DNA of 64,000 nucleotides, taken from the NCBI GenBank assembly GCA_951406725.2, contig OX597835.1, positions 11,470,001 through 11,534,000 of the forward strand, written 5' to 3'. The translations under genes were made by a program, and so were the position numbers. Of this stretch, positions 39,883 to 55,582 are shown piece after piece (within the stretch, counting starts at the first letter, position 1; every line of letters begins with the position of its first letter). This stretch comes from Octopus vulgaris. Its lineage: Eukaryota. Below the pieces are notes generated by a model. It was not told where the DNA came from and searched no databases. It saw nothing but the letters and a program-made list of their open reading frames with translations.

Positions 39883-41615
39883 TCTCTCTCTCTTTATATA
39901 TATACATACGACGAGCTTCTACATAGTCTTTGCCACCCAAATTCACTCACAAACATTGGTCGACCCTTGACTATAGTAAAAGACACATGCCCACGTTGCC
40001 TCGCACAGGGACCGAACTCGAAACCAAATCGTTTGCGAGGCGAACTTCTTAACCGCACAAAGATGTCCGCGCGTATTTTATAAAACACACACACACACTT
40101 GCATATACACACACACACACACATCACCACCCGAAAAACAACAACGACAATAAGAGAAATAAAATAAAGTACTTGAAAGGAGGAAGCTGGTAGTATGAAT
40201 ATTGAATAATCAGTAGTAAACGGAGTCTTTCATTAGAAACTCGCGGCGTGTAACTATGTTTAATAATGCCGTCTTGAAAAGACCATTTAATTTCTTTTTA
40301 ATAAATGCAGTATCTTGCTAATTAAACGTGAATAGTATTTCTTGTAGGTGAGGAGGGGTGATTAGTCGATATTCAGATTTTTATTTCAGCAGGAAATCTT
40401 AGTTAAAATTACGGCATTCACATAACCATAAAGGAATAACTAGTATTTGATCAGCATATTTACTAATATTTATTTCTTTGATACCTGTTTTGAGATTGTA
40501 ATAAACTTTTATTTGCCCTTGTACTTTTAAGACGGTCATTAGACACTCGCATGACGAGAAGAATTTTCCTCGTGTATTTGAGCATGTGTGTACGTGTGTG
40601 TGTGACTGTGTGTGTGTTTCATTGAATGTCTCATTTATGTGATATCAATAAAAGTGAGAGAACTCCAACTGTCAATGAGTGCATTCAAAGAATTGTTATT
40701 TATTACTCCTTTAATAACAGAAAAACACTAACCTTTGCTTGACAATAATACTAAATCGATGAAAACGAGAGTCGCTGTAATGCTTGTTTTTGAGAATTTT
40801 TTTCACAGAATGTACTTTTCCATCACTACCGCGCGTCTTACCATTTCTTAGTGGACATTTAAACGATTCTGCTATTCACTGCCATGAAACATAACAGATT
40901 CATTTTGTTTGAAGAATTGCCAAGATGTTTAAGTAACATTTTCAAGAGATAAAATATAATTAAGTCTTCTTCCGTGCATTATTTAATTATTTTTTTTCAA
41001 TAATGAAGTCTTTATCGTGTATTAATGGTATTAATGATTCTTTTCAACGAATCTTACACGAATGGCATTTCAGAGAAAACCACTCATTTCTCATTGGTAT
41101 TCTAATGCCAAAACTTTCTGCAAACCGTATTGTCTTGCTAATTGGTGAAGAAACTGCTGAAAAGTTGTCACATTGTGGCTAACCAATGAGAATTAAACAA
41201 AATGTTTGTTTTATATAGAGATTTCTTTTTGTTTTAGCCACTGATACTATTCGCGTTGTAAAGTCTAAATTTCTTCTGTATACATTTGATGTTAATTTAC
41301 ATTTTGAGGGTTTGGAGAATTATTAACGAATCGCAAGTTCTAGACTTTTTGTTACACTATTGTATTGGGATAGTATTTCGTTGCATAGTGTAATAATTAT
41401 TCGAAGCAACGCTTCTGTGTGTGTGTGTGTGTGTGTGTGTGTATTCTACAGGGATAGTTATACTGCAAAGCATGTTGAATATTCAATATAGCGATAGCAA
41501 TAATTGCATAAAGCAATTATCTCGAATGAATTCAGTAATCTAATTGATCTGGTTCTGCTGGGGTACATTCTTGACATAATCCATTAGCCATTTCAATGGT
41601 TCTAGTATATTACAG

Positions 41616-41677
<62 letters not shown>

Positions 41678-42521
41678 ATCGTATAATTCGAGTAATAACC
41701 CCGTAACGTGTATTTAAAAGCTCTTATATAGTTTTTAGATGCCGCATGCCACTCTACACCAGGGTATTTTCTAAGATTCGATCCACATGTGGATCTCCGT
41801 TATTGTATAGGATATAATATAAGAATAATATAACACGAGGGTTGAAAATATCAGGCTTTAATTAGCAAATCGCAACATCTGTTTCTGCACCGGACACCAG
41901 CATTAAGTTGCTGAGTTTACACTTGTATATCATTATATAAGATTATGCTTCAGAGTTACTTTACAATTAAATATTTTTCAAGAACAACTGTGTGTGGGTG
42001 CTTCCTCAGGTGGAATGCGATCAGACACTGTCGGATTTAAAAAAATTTCCTTAAATGTATCATGTTCAGTTTACTTGGTCCCGGGCGACATATATTCTTG
42101 TGACAACAGCATTTTTTATTACAGTAAGTATCATTATGGTCACCTATATACTGTTGTTATTGTTGTTGCAGTTGATGATATTATTGTGATATTACTTCTG
42201 TATTTGGCTTTGTGTGACTACAACAATGTGTAATTCTAAAAGTAATCCTAACGAACAATATATATCACGTGAAGTCAGCAACTTAAAGGTGGTGTACGGT
42301 GCCGAAACAAATTTTGTGATTTGCTATTAAAGCAAATTCCTTCGTGTTTGCATCGCAAAAATGGAAAACAGCAGTCTTTAATAGCAAATCACATTTGCTA
42401 TTATATATGTATATATATATATATTATAGATATATATATATTAAATATATATATATATATATATATATTTATATTAAATATATATATATTAAAATATATA
42501 TATATATATATATATATATTA

Positions 42522-42575
<54 letters not shown>

Positions 42576-42612
42576 CATACATATATATATATACATATAT
42601 ATATATATACAT

Positions 42613-42659
<47 letters not shown>

Positions 42660-42698
42660 ATATATTTATATTAAATATATATATATATAAAATATATA

Positions 42699-42742
<44 letters not shown>

Positions 42743-43083
42743 CATACATATATATACATATATATACATATATATACATATATGTATGTGTGTGTGTGTG
42801 TGTGTGCTCATATATTATATCATATAATTCAAAGTGAGAACGGTCATAATAGTATTATAAATCAAATCCGTTGCCTTTATCTCGACAAGTTTTGGAGCAA
42901 CCACCAAATCGAACACGTTAATTAATCAACTGCGTTATTTATTTTGGGTTTTGCCTTACAACCAGCAGTAAATCGTAGCACAACACCCAATTACCTATAG
43001 CATAAAGCGATCGAAACGAGTCTGCTGCAGGCTGTAATTTGTAAAGCTCAATAAACCATTAATACTTCCTAAGTCTCTTGGCT

Positions 43084-43345
43084 AATAATAATAATGATGT
43101 TCGTCCTTCGGGTTCGAAGATGACCATTGACATCATTTGGTGGAATTGCTGCTATGAGACCGGAGGTGGCTGGTGAGGCCAATCCGGGCAAGAAAGCCCC
43201 TCCCACAGGTGGGGCAGAAGTGGGTAGGGGCTGTGCTATTGGTGCAGGTGGCTCTGGCTTTCCGCATCTGGCGTTTCCGTTCTGCTGACTGAATCCGTCT
43301 CTCCTCGGCTGTCTTTGCTCCTGTGGTGATTGCGCTGCGTCAGGA
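43084..43345 (-). mobile_element. RTE LINE 3' end with C-terminal C2H2 zinc finger and (ATT)n tail
   Basis: AEERRIQSAERKRQMRKAR...THFCPTCGRGFLARIGLTSHLRSH...* (stop at 43133). Confidence 0.88.
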
Positions 43346-43387
43346 TGTATGTATGTATGTATGTATGTATGTATGTATGTATGTATG

Positions 43388-43426
<39 letters not shown>

Positions 43427-43437
43427 AATTAAATATA

Positions 43438-43766
43438 AGACGAGCTGGTAGAAACTTTAGCGCGCCGGGTGAAATGCTTAGCGGTATTTCGTCTGCCGTT
43501 ACGTTGTGAGTTCAAATTCCGCCGAGGTCGACTTTGCCTTTCATCCTTTCGGGGTCGATAAGATAAGTATCAGTTATGCACTGGTGTCGATATAATCGAC
43601 TTAATCCGTTTGTCTGTCCTTGTTTGTCTCCTCTGTGTTTAGCCCCTTGTGGGTAGTAAAGAAATAGGTATTTCGTCTGCCGTTACGTTCTGAGTTCAAA
43701 TTCCGCCGAAGTCGACTTTGCCTTTCATCCTTTCGGGGTCGATAAATTAAGTACCAGTTACGCACT
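43438..43766 (+). mobile_element. Family B SINE, one full unit plus a partial second unit
   Basis: Junction gaaata|ggtatttcg at 43667. Confidence 0.88.
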
Positions 43767-43767
43767 C

Positions 43768-44137
43768 GGATGGCCGAGAATTCGCATGATCACATCACCC
43801 CCAACATTTGGTCTCCTAATTCTTTAGATCTCAATTCATTGGACTACTATGTATGAAGCATCGTTGGGAAAAATGTTATTGAACACTCCCATAGCTCCAA
43901 AATATTTTGAAAGCTTCCATAGTTAAGGTCATGTTCGATGTGGACAAGGACCACGATTTCGACCCCTCGTAGAGGCAGTTATTGATGCTTATGGTGGTTT
44001 TTATTGAATGAAATTATTAAATTGATTATTTAGCTTTATGTTTACGCTATTTTCATAAAAATACAGTTTTCTTTCTGTTATTATATAAGCGTTTTTTTAA
44101 AACCCTAAATATGTCTTCAAATACGGTCTGCACCCTG
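43768..44137 (+). mobile_element. Tc1/mariner (maT/DD37D-like) transposase remnant with right end
   Basis: HITPNIWSPNSLDLNSLDYYV*S...VEAVIDAYGG; ends caccctg|TA. Confidence 0.8.
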
Positions 44138-44460
44138 TATGTGTGTGCATGTCCTTGCCTTCGTAACGTGGAGTAGATGAAACAGGGACAACTGAAGAAG
44201 GGGAATATTCTTTATGTTGTATGTCTCGTTTTTTTGTTTGTTTTTTTCGTTGTTCGAAAAAAGTTCGTTTCTATGTTTTTGTATTTATGTTTTCGTTTCT
44301 CATTGTGTTCAACGTTTTTTTGATGTCCTGTACCCATATATATGCATGTATATATACATATATATGTAGGTATGTACACATATGTTTGTGTATATGCATA
44401 TATCTATATATTATTTATATTATATTATATTATATTATAATATATAATATATATATATAT

Positions 44461-44546
<86 letters not shown>

Positions 44547-44959
44547 AAATAATGGACTCTGACATCGGAATTTCACCGTTGACAGCTTCCCTTAAACTGT
44601 CTGCTTATAAGCTTAGGTTCAATTCGAGGGTGGAGGTTTAGAAGCAGAAATAGAGATGTGGCTTACCGAGTTGTCGTTTGCTGATATAAAGAGAAAAAAA
44701 AACTCAGACATTTTGGTCTGAGAGAAATATTAGAAAAGAAATTCTGATCAAATTATTTCAGTGGATGAACAAGAAAAGATTAAATTATATTAAAGTAGAG
44801 GTAAACTGCTCGCATTGACGAGATGATAATAATAACAACAACAACAACAGCAACAACAACAACAACAGCAACAACAATAACATCAACAATAGAAATAATA
44901 ATATTAACAACAATAGCAATGATGATGATGATGATGATGAAAATTTATTTTACATAATA

Positions 44960-45134
44960 AAGAAGAAGAAGAAGAAGATGAAGAAGAAGAAGAAGAAGAA
45001 GGTGAAGAAGAAGAAGAAGAAGAAGAAGAAGAAGAAGAAGAAGAAGAAGAAGAGAAGAAGAAGAAGAAGAAGAAGAAGAAGAAGAAGAAGAAGAAGAAGA
45101 AGAAGAAGAAGAAGAAGAAGAAGAAGAAGAAGAA
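44960..45134. repeat. (GAA)n tract with neighbouring AAC/GAT triplet runs
   Basis: Direct inspection. Confidence 0.97.
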
Positions 45135-45550
45135 ATGTCTGATGTAGTCTTGGAGGTGACGATGGGTTTGTGGTTCCCTTAACAAAGATAGAATTGAAAT
45201 GGAGGGTTTTTTTTCAAATTAAGTTTATTTTGCCGTTCGAATTGACGGAGTGTCTTTTTCGGCCTTTTGTTGAAATCAGTCAAGCGTGGAGCTAAACAAT
45301 TACTCGCAATGGGTCAATAATGTTCTTTTTTAAAGGTTAATGTAAAGGCAAATATTTACTGAAATACAAGTGTATGCTTTCAGTATACCTAGACATACAC
45401 ATATAGAAATAACTACATAGAAACACACACACACACACGCGTATAGATATTCATACGTATATACGCACATGTACTTTCATATATTGATATCTACCTATAT
45501 ATACACATTTATCTATCCATCTATTCCTACATTCAGGCATACAGTCACCG

Positions 45551-45656
<106 letters not shown>

Positions 45657-45968
45657 TAATATAATATGCAATTATACTCACATTGCATATTATATTAATA
45701 ATGAAACAATTGTTCGGCGTTAATCTATTTTTTTCGTTGTATTTCACTTTCCTTACGTTGAATGTAATGTTATTTCTTATTGGAAACAAACTTTTGGTGG
45801 CTATACCAGGAAAAGGAGCTATTTTTAGCACTAGAGTTAACCACTTAGCGGTAACTCTCTTATATTTAAGTATAAATCTGTATTGTCTCCCTGGTTTCCT
45901 ATGTGCTAAGCCACTTGGTGTTAAACTGATGGTATTATTAAATTAATATCTAATTTTTCCCCCTCATT

Positions 45969-46101
<133 letters not shown>

Positions 46102-46148
46102 TGTATATATATATGAATGTATATATATATATATATGTATAATATTTA

Positions 46149-46191
<43 letters not shown>

Positions 46192-46238
46192 AAGTGTATA
46201 AATATAAATATATATATATATATATATATGTGTATGTG

Positions 46239-46359
<121 letters not shown>

Positions 46360-46941
46360 GTATCTACGTATGGATTCTGAAGACCAACTCCACGTCATAT
46401 ACAATCAAGTGAAGATTCGTGAAGAAATCTGAGCCACATGTTAATGAGCCTAAAAATGTAGCTTATGTGCAGCAGTGATATCTGATATTCTTCTTAGATT
46501 CAATAATTTCATCACACTGCTTAATTTCAGATCTGAAATTTTTAGCAGTGCAAACATATGCACAAGTTTCTTTTGTCGAACTGGAGGACACCATACGCTC
46601 CAGATTTAGTTCCGATCTTGCAGGCTATAGCATATTTTATATTTTGTTCCATTCCAGCTGCATTAATTGCAGTTTCTATAATCAAGAAGGACGGAATCTT
46701 CGGTGTTCTTGCATTTGTTAGTTTTTTCTCATTCGACTTTATTGCATCAACCATCTTCGCGTTTTTCTTCTGGTTTTCCTTTATGTTTTAACTGCCTAGC
46801 GTCCTTGTTTTTTTTTAAAAATACATTTAACGCATAAACAGAGCCTGAAAATTGCTTGTAGCTGTTTCAGTATCTGTATCAAATTAATGCTTATTTCTCA
46901 CTGGATGGAACATTTATTTGTTGATTCTAGCTATATTGGAC

Positions 46942-47040
<99 letters not shown>

Positions 47041-47574
47041 AATATCTATCATCTCACACACACACTCGATCTCTCTGCGCTCACGTGTGTGTAGACGCAT
47101 TGAAAAGTTGTTTTTTCTCATGGCATGGTATATCATTTAATCTTTGCCGAGAACTCCGTGTGTATCCAACTTTCAACCAGTTATAATACATAACTTTCCA
47201 TCAGATCTTCATTTGCTATTAAACACATTTGAACAGATCAGCGCGTGTATATCTTAGGGACGAATAAAATTAGAGATTCGTTTACAAACTCTTTTTATCG
47301 TAACATCATCAATAATATAACTTTTAAACGTGCTTCGCAAACCTTCTATACAGCGATTACTGCATAATATAACTAATATACGTCAGTGAAACATGTGTAA
47401 AAGTTATGATTTATGATGTTAAAATAATAAAAATAGTTCTGAATCTCCAGGTTTATTCTACTTTATTTCGTATATGAACGTATGTATGTATGTATGTATG
47501 TATGTATGTATGTATGTATGTATGTATGTATGTATGTATGTATGTATGTATGTATGTGTACGTACGTACGTATA

Positions 47575-47670
<96 letters not shown>

Positions 47671-47709
47671 GTATGTATATATATGTATATATATATATAT
47701 ATATATGTA

Positions 47710-47756
<47 letters not shown>

Positions 47757-48268
47757 CTCGATAGATAGATAGATGGTACTGTTTATATGTGTGTGAACCA
47801 GTGAATGTGTTCTTGTGTATATAAACTAAATAGCGTGATTTGAAGAAATAATCGTTAAACATAATGTTTAGTGGATCAAAGAATATGGAATCCAATTCCC
47901 AAAATACGAAAGAGAAGGATTTACGACCATTCTTTTGTGAATTGGAATTTTTGAAATTTATGTAGTTATGCAAACATGTGTTAATTCGATATCTTAATGA
48001 TATTTTGATTAGTTTTATACGATAAAGATCGATTTATGATGCAACATAAAAAGCTTCTTCGCATACCGACAATTGTACTATACAGGTGTTTAAGAAACCC
48101 CTGTCACCGTGATCACCGCGACCGACCAGGCTATCAGATGTTGCTACACATCGCTGGTCACAATGCGCTTCGTATTGTTTTAGCCTTCAAATGACGCCAC
48201 CCCGTTGGCTAATCGAGCAGGCCAACAGATGAAAGAGTGAGAGAAAGTTGTGGCGAAAGAGTACAGCT

Positions 48269-49129
48269 GAAGCCTCCTCAACCCAAAAAGGATCGAAAAG
48301 GAAGAAGGCGGGAAAAAATAGTTGCCTGCCGAAGGACCCTAAGGCTTCGGGAGGTGGGGGAGAGACTCCGGACAAAGCGGAAGAGCTCCACTCTCCCGAA
48401 GTCAGGAAGAAAAGAAAAAAGAACGGGTGATCGCAGGGGGTAGATGATGTGCCGTCTGCATGTCCCGAAGTTGTGTCACCCACGGTGGAAGAAACGACCC
48501 CCACCCTTAAAGATGATGAATTAATTATCTTTTTCTACAAGGGCGGGGAGGTGGAAAAAATAGTAGAACATAAAGAGACAGTAGATATGCCCTTCACACG
48601 GGATCCCGAATGGCCTCCGCAGATAGCTGTTGAGATCATAAGGTTTCCCTTGTGGGAAAGGCTTAAAAGATTTGGTAGGAGTGTCGCATATGACCGGGTG
48701 GCCATTACACGATTTACACGTCCTACATAAGTGAGGCATGGGAAATGGCGGGATACAGGAACTCAAGCGGCATTGAAGATAATGATGAATATATCGATGG
48801 ATATATCGATGAGTAGGAGGTGAAAAAACCTCGCTAGAGGTTTTGAAACCTCATCTTAATGTATTATTTGTAGTGTTTATAACCTCAATTGTGTGTTTAA
48901 AAAACAAACATGTTAAGTAAGAGGTTTTAGTACCTCCTACTTGTAAGAGGTTTGAAACCTCATATTGATTTTTTTAAAAAAAATATGTTTTCTAGAAAAA
49001 TCCAATCGGCGGGTGTTGGGTTTCGTCTCTCATTTATTCATTTTATTTCATTTTCATTCATTGTGTTTGTCCAACCCGCAAAGCTACACAATCTTTGTAC
49101 TGTCTATACGACAAATTTTATGAAATAAA
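48269..49129 (+). mobile_element. 5'-truncated unknown retroelement: ORF1-like C-terminus, structured 3' region and AATAAA
   Basis: One frame 48269-48730 with a single TGA (48428), GC-richer than flanks; hairpin array; aataaa near 49124. Confidence 0.45.
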
Positions 49130-49520
49130 GTAGCTTGCTTGCGAACTACATGGTTCCGGGTTCAGTCCCACTGCGTGGCATCTTGGGCAAGTGTCTTCTT
49201 CTATAGCCTCGGGCAGACCAAAGGCTTGTGAGTGGATTTGGTAGACGGAAACGGAAAGAAGTCCGTCGTATATATATATATATATATATGTGTATGTGTG
49301 TGTATATGTTTTTGTGTCTGTGTTTGTCCCCCAACATCGCTTGACAACCGATGCTGGTGTGTTAACGTCCCCGTAACTGAGCGGTTCGGCAAAAGAGACC
49401 GATAGAATAAGTACTGTGCTTACAAAGAATAAGTCCTGGGGGTCGATTTGCTCGATCGACTAAAGGCGGTGCTCCAGCATGGCCGCAGTCAAATGACTCA
49501 AACAAGTGAAAATAAAGAGA
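49127..49520 (+). mobile_element. SINE family C, 5'-truncated
   Basis: Homology to 32175-32585. Confidence 0.85.
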
Positions 49521-49744
49521 TACATAGGTAGATAGATATAGATATGAATGTTCATATTCATACACACGCATGCATATGATTGTACGTATTGCCTGTGTGT
49601 GTAAGCGTGTGTAAGCGTGTGTGTGCGTGTGCGTGTATGTGCGTGTATATGTGTGTGCTCAAAAATCATACGGACGTACAAACTGAAAATATACATATTA
49701 TGTCACTTCAGCTGTCGTCCAGAGAGACCGTATACACTCACACG

Positions 49745-50345
49745 TGAGGGCGCGTGGCTTAGTGGTTAGGGCATTCGGCTCATGATCGTAAGGTTGTGAG
49801 TTCGATTCCCGGCGACGCGTTGTGTCCTTGAGCAAGACACTTTATTTCACGTTGCTCCAGTCCACTCAGCTGACAAAAATGAGTTGTACTTGTATTTCAA
49901 AGGGTCAGCCTTGTCACTCTCTGTGTCACGCTGATTATCCCCGAGAACTACGTTAAGGGTACACGTGTCTGTGGAATGCTCAGCCATTTGCACGTTAATT
50001 TCACGAGCAAGCTGTTCCGTTGATCGTATCAGCTGGGACCCTCGTCGTCGTAACCGGCGGAGTCTTTTTTTTTTAGATACACTCACACACTTATATGTGG
50101 AGGCGCGTGGCTTAGTGGTTAGGATGTTGAACTCATGATCGTAAGGTTGTGGTTTCGATTCCTGGACCGGGCGACGCGTTGTGTTCTTGAGCAAAACACT
50201 TCATTTTCACGTTGCAACAGTTTACTCAGCTGGCAAAAGTGAGTAATCCTGCGACGGACAGGCGTCCCATCCAGGTGGGAGGATTTCTACGCCACTGAAA
50301 CCGGGAAACCGGCCCTTATGAGCCTGGCATGGCTCGAGAAGGGAC
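49745..50345 (+). mobile_element. Two family D-related SINEs with CORE-like ttgtgtccttgagcaagacactt and different tails
   Basis: Heads gcgcgtggcttagtggttagg near 49750 and 50103, B-box gttcgattcc. Confidence 0.8.
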
Positions 50346-50442
50346 ATTACTTACTCACTTACATACATACATACATACATACACACACACTTACATACAT
50401 ACATACATACATACATACACATACATACATACATACACACAC

Positions 50443-50473
<31 letters not shown>

Positions 50474-50528
50474 CATACATACATACATACATACATACAT
50501 ACATACATAGATACATACATACATAGAT

Positions 50529-50559
<31 letters not shown>

Positions 50560-50725
50560 CATACATACATACATACATACATACATAGATACACACATAC
50601 ATACATACACAAAAATTGATGTCACGGTTTGAACCGTAGAATTCTTTCTCGAGTTTTTAACGATACAAATAAAATAACCAAAACTTTAATAAGCACCATT
50701 CATTCGAATGGTGATAATGTATACC

Positions 50726-51142
50726 TATTCCCTTACTACCCACAAGGGGTTAAATACTGAGGGGACAAACAAGGACAGACAAAAGGATTAAGTCGATTAC
50801 ATCGACCCCAGTGCGTAACTGGTACTTATTTAATCGACCCCGAAAGGATGAAAGGTAAAGTCGACCGCGGTGGAATTTGAACTCAGAACGCATCGGCGGA
50901 CGAAATACCTATTTCTTTACTACCCACAAGGGGCTAAACACAGAGAGGACAAACAAGGACAGACAAACGGATTAAATCGATTACATCAACTCCAGTGCGT
51001 AACTGGTACTTAATTTATCGACCCCGAAAGGATGAAAGGTAAGGTCGACCTCGGTGGAATTTGAACTCAGAAGGCAGCGGCGGACGAAATACCGCAAAGC
51101 ATTTCGTCCGGCGCGTTAACGTTTCTACCAGCTCGCCGCCTT
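50726..51142 (-). mobile_element. Family B dimer with 15-bp TSD
   Basis: gtgataatgtatacc at 50711-50725 and 51143-51157; internal junction at 50909. Confidence 0.9.
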
Positions 51143-51306
51143 GTGATAATGTATACCATTATCGCATATGAGTTGAGTGAGAACTCACACATACACACAC
51201 ACCTGAAGGCCCACACAAACACACAGATAGGGGCGTTGTTATATTGTTGTGTTTTATCTTGTAGCCAAAATAACGAAGCTTTTTCCATTGCTTCTATGTT
51301 AGTACA

Positions 51307-51693
51307 TGTGGAGGCGCAATGGCCCAGTGGTTAGGGCAGCGGACTCGTGTCGTAGGATCGCGGTTTCGATTCCCAGACCGGGCATTGTGAGTGTTTATTG
51401 AGCGAAAACACCTAAAGCTCCACGAGGCTCCGGCAGGGGATGGTGGTGATCCCTGCTGTACTCTTTCACCACAAACTTTCTCTCACTCTTACTTCCTGTT
51501 TCTGTTGTACCTGTATTTCAAAGGGGCCAGCCTTGTCACTCTCTATGTCACGCTGAATATCCCCGAGAACTACGTTAAGGGTACACGTGTCTGTGGAGTG
51601 CTCAGCCACTTACACGTTAATTTCACGAGCAGGCTGTTCCGTTGATTCGGATCAACCGGAACCCTCATCGTCGTTACCGACGGAGTGCTTCCA
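51307..51693 (+). mobile_element. SINE family D, full length
   Basis: Near-identical to 55583 and 58560. Confidence 0.92.
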
Positions 51694-52436
51694 TGTTCCA
51701 TATAAAGTCGATACTTTAACGTACTGTATTTTATTTTTTTACTCGTTTCAATCATTACACTGCGGTCATGCTGGAGCACGGCTTTGAAGAATATTTAGTC
51801 GAATGGATTGACCACGGTACTCTCAATGTAAGCCTGGTACGTATTTTATCGATCTCGTTTGCCGAACCGCTAAGTTACGGGGATGAAAATGCACCAAAAA
51901 CCTGTTGTCAAACAGTGGCGAGGACAAACACAAACACACGCACAAGTACACACACACATTCACTAACATACTCACTCATTCACTCACACACATATTCATA
52001 AATATATATATATATACTCTGTGTCACGCTGAATCTCCTCGAGAACTACGTTAAGGGTACACGTGTCTGTGGAGTGCTCAGCCACTTACACGTTAATTCC
52101 ACGAGCAAGCTGTTCCGTTGATCGTATCAGCTGGAACCCTCATCGTCGTAACAGACGGAGTGCTCCTATATATATATGTTAGTACGTACGTATAACCTGT
52201 TTCAAAATTGCTGATAATCCTCTACTTTCGCTGGCACTGATTTCTCTTATTTCTGTAAGTGGTTTTCTCAGTCTTTATTAAACTGTTTCGCGGTTTTTGT
52301 TGCACGTTCTCCATTCTGAAGTTGATTTAACATATGAATTTTCATTTTCAGAGAAATCAATTTGCTTGACATTTAAATCTCCATTATTTAATCAGGAAAA
52401 TATTTGGCAAAATATATGTATTAAATTAGTATTCGA

Positions 52437-54140
<1,704 letters not shown>

Positions 54141-54814
54141 TGTAATAACAAGGATGTATATCAGTTTTTCCCTAAATAATAACTGAAAGAGATACTGGTG
54201 AAAATGACAGCAACATCAATCAAATGACTACAAGAAATCATTTCTTCTTTATTCCTTTACACAAACGGCAAACGTTTTATCTCCGTCTCGAAACCACCAC
54301 CACCACCACCATCACCACCACCACCACCACCACCACCACCATCACCACCACCACCACCACCGCTACCACAGTTCCCGCCACTGTCTTTGTCGTCGACTTT
54401 ATCACTATAAACATCGTTGTCAACATCACCTCCAGTCTTTTATAAGTGAAGCAGACAAACATTTGCCTCTTCAACTTGGAGTAGTCTATATAGTGAGTTT
54501 GGTGGTACAGAAATCAATTTGTAGAAAGAGTCAATTGTATTACCAGAAATGACTATGATAAATAGCGGTAAGTTAAGAGACGAGCTACGTCTGCGATTTA
54601 GTTGACATAACTTCAGTTTAAAGTTGACATTTCTCGTTTATAGTTGACACACGTACGTTATGTCCTTGCTGAGTACTAACTCAAAGTGGAAACACCTATC
54701 TTGCATTTAAAAACAAACTGTCTGGATATATTTGAAACGGCGAGGAGTTTAATTCTAGGAATTCGAAAGTCTAAATCTACAATAACCTGACATTGTTAAT
54801 AATTTCCCGTTTTA

Positions 54815-55030
54815 GGGCGGCGAGCTGGCCGAATCGTTAGCGTGTCGGGCAAAATGCTTAGCGGCATTTCGTCCGTATTTACGCTCTGAGTTCAAATGAC
54901 CCCGCGGTCGATTTTACCTTTCATCCTTTCAGAGTCGATATAACGAATACCAATTGAGTACTGGGGTCGACGTAATCGACTTAACCCCTCTCTCGAAATC
55001 GCTGGCCTTGTGCCAAAATTTGAAACCAGT
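54815..55030 (+). mobile_element. SINE family B monomer with tail X
   Basis: ggcggcgagctgg head; tail gctggccttgtgccaaaatttgaaacc. Confidence 0.85.
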
Positions 55031-55582
55031 ATTTACCCATTTGGGCAAAATACGTCAAATATTTTAAGGGCTTGGTATATTCGATAAAATTGGTCATGAT
55101 TATTGGATTTAATTTTATTCATTTCAGGGATATAAGCTGCAAAATCAACCCTATCAGGCAACTGGACATTTGGAAGCATAAAAGAGCTATCTAATGTTCC
55201 AACCACTCTATGTTACTAATATTTCTAACTGATGCCAACATAATTTAAGGATAAAGGCGGTCTAAGGAGAGAGTTGGTTAAAGAGAAGAACTGATTTAAT
55301 GAGTCTGTTGGTACAAGGGGAGATAACTGGGATGTTATTCAACTCCTTTACGGAAACTCATTTTCTGTTTGTCTTCTGCTTGTCTTCCCCCTATTGCCAA
55401 CACCAGTCTCAATATTTTAAGTAGAATACCAACCATTTCAATCTCCGCGATGACATGCAAACTTTATGGAACTATTTCTTCTCCTTCGATTCCTTACAGT
55501 TTCCGCAGTGTAGGCTTTTCAACGCTTCAGCGTATGCGAACATGATAAATATAACCATGCAATCATATTTTTAATCATAACT

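Noticed and set aside
51310-51385. tRNA genes at SINE heads (also 22500, 55583, 58560)
   Set aside because: A/B boxes present but no acceptor stem, and each continues into a ~310-bp repeat body, some with TSDs
54595-54660. Three AGTTGACA motifs about 21 bp apart resembling bacterial -35 boxes
   Set aside because: Short decayed tandem repeat in animal DNA
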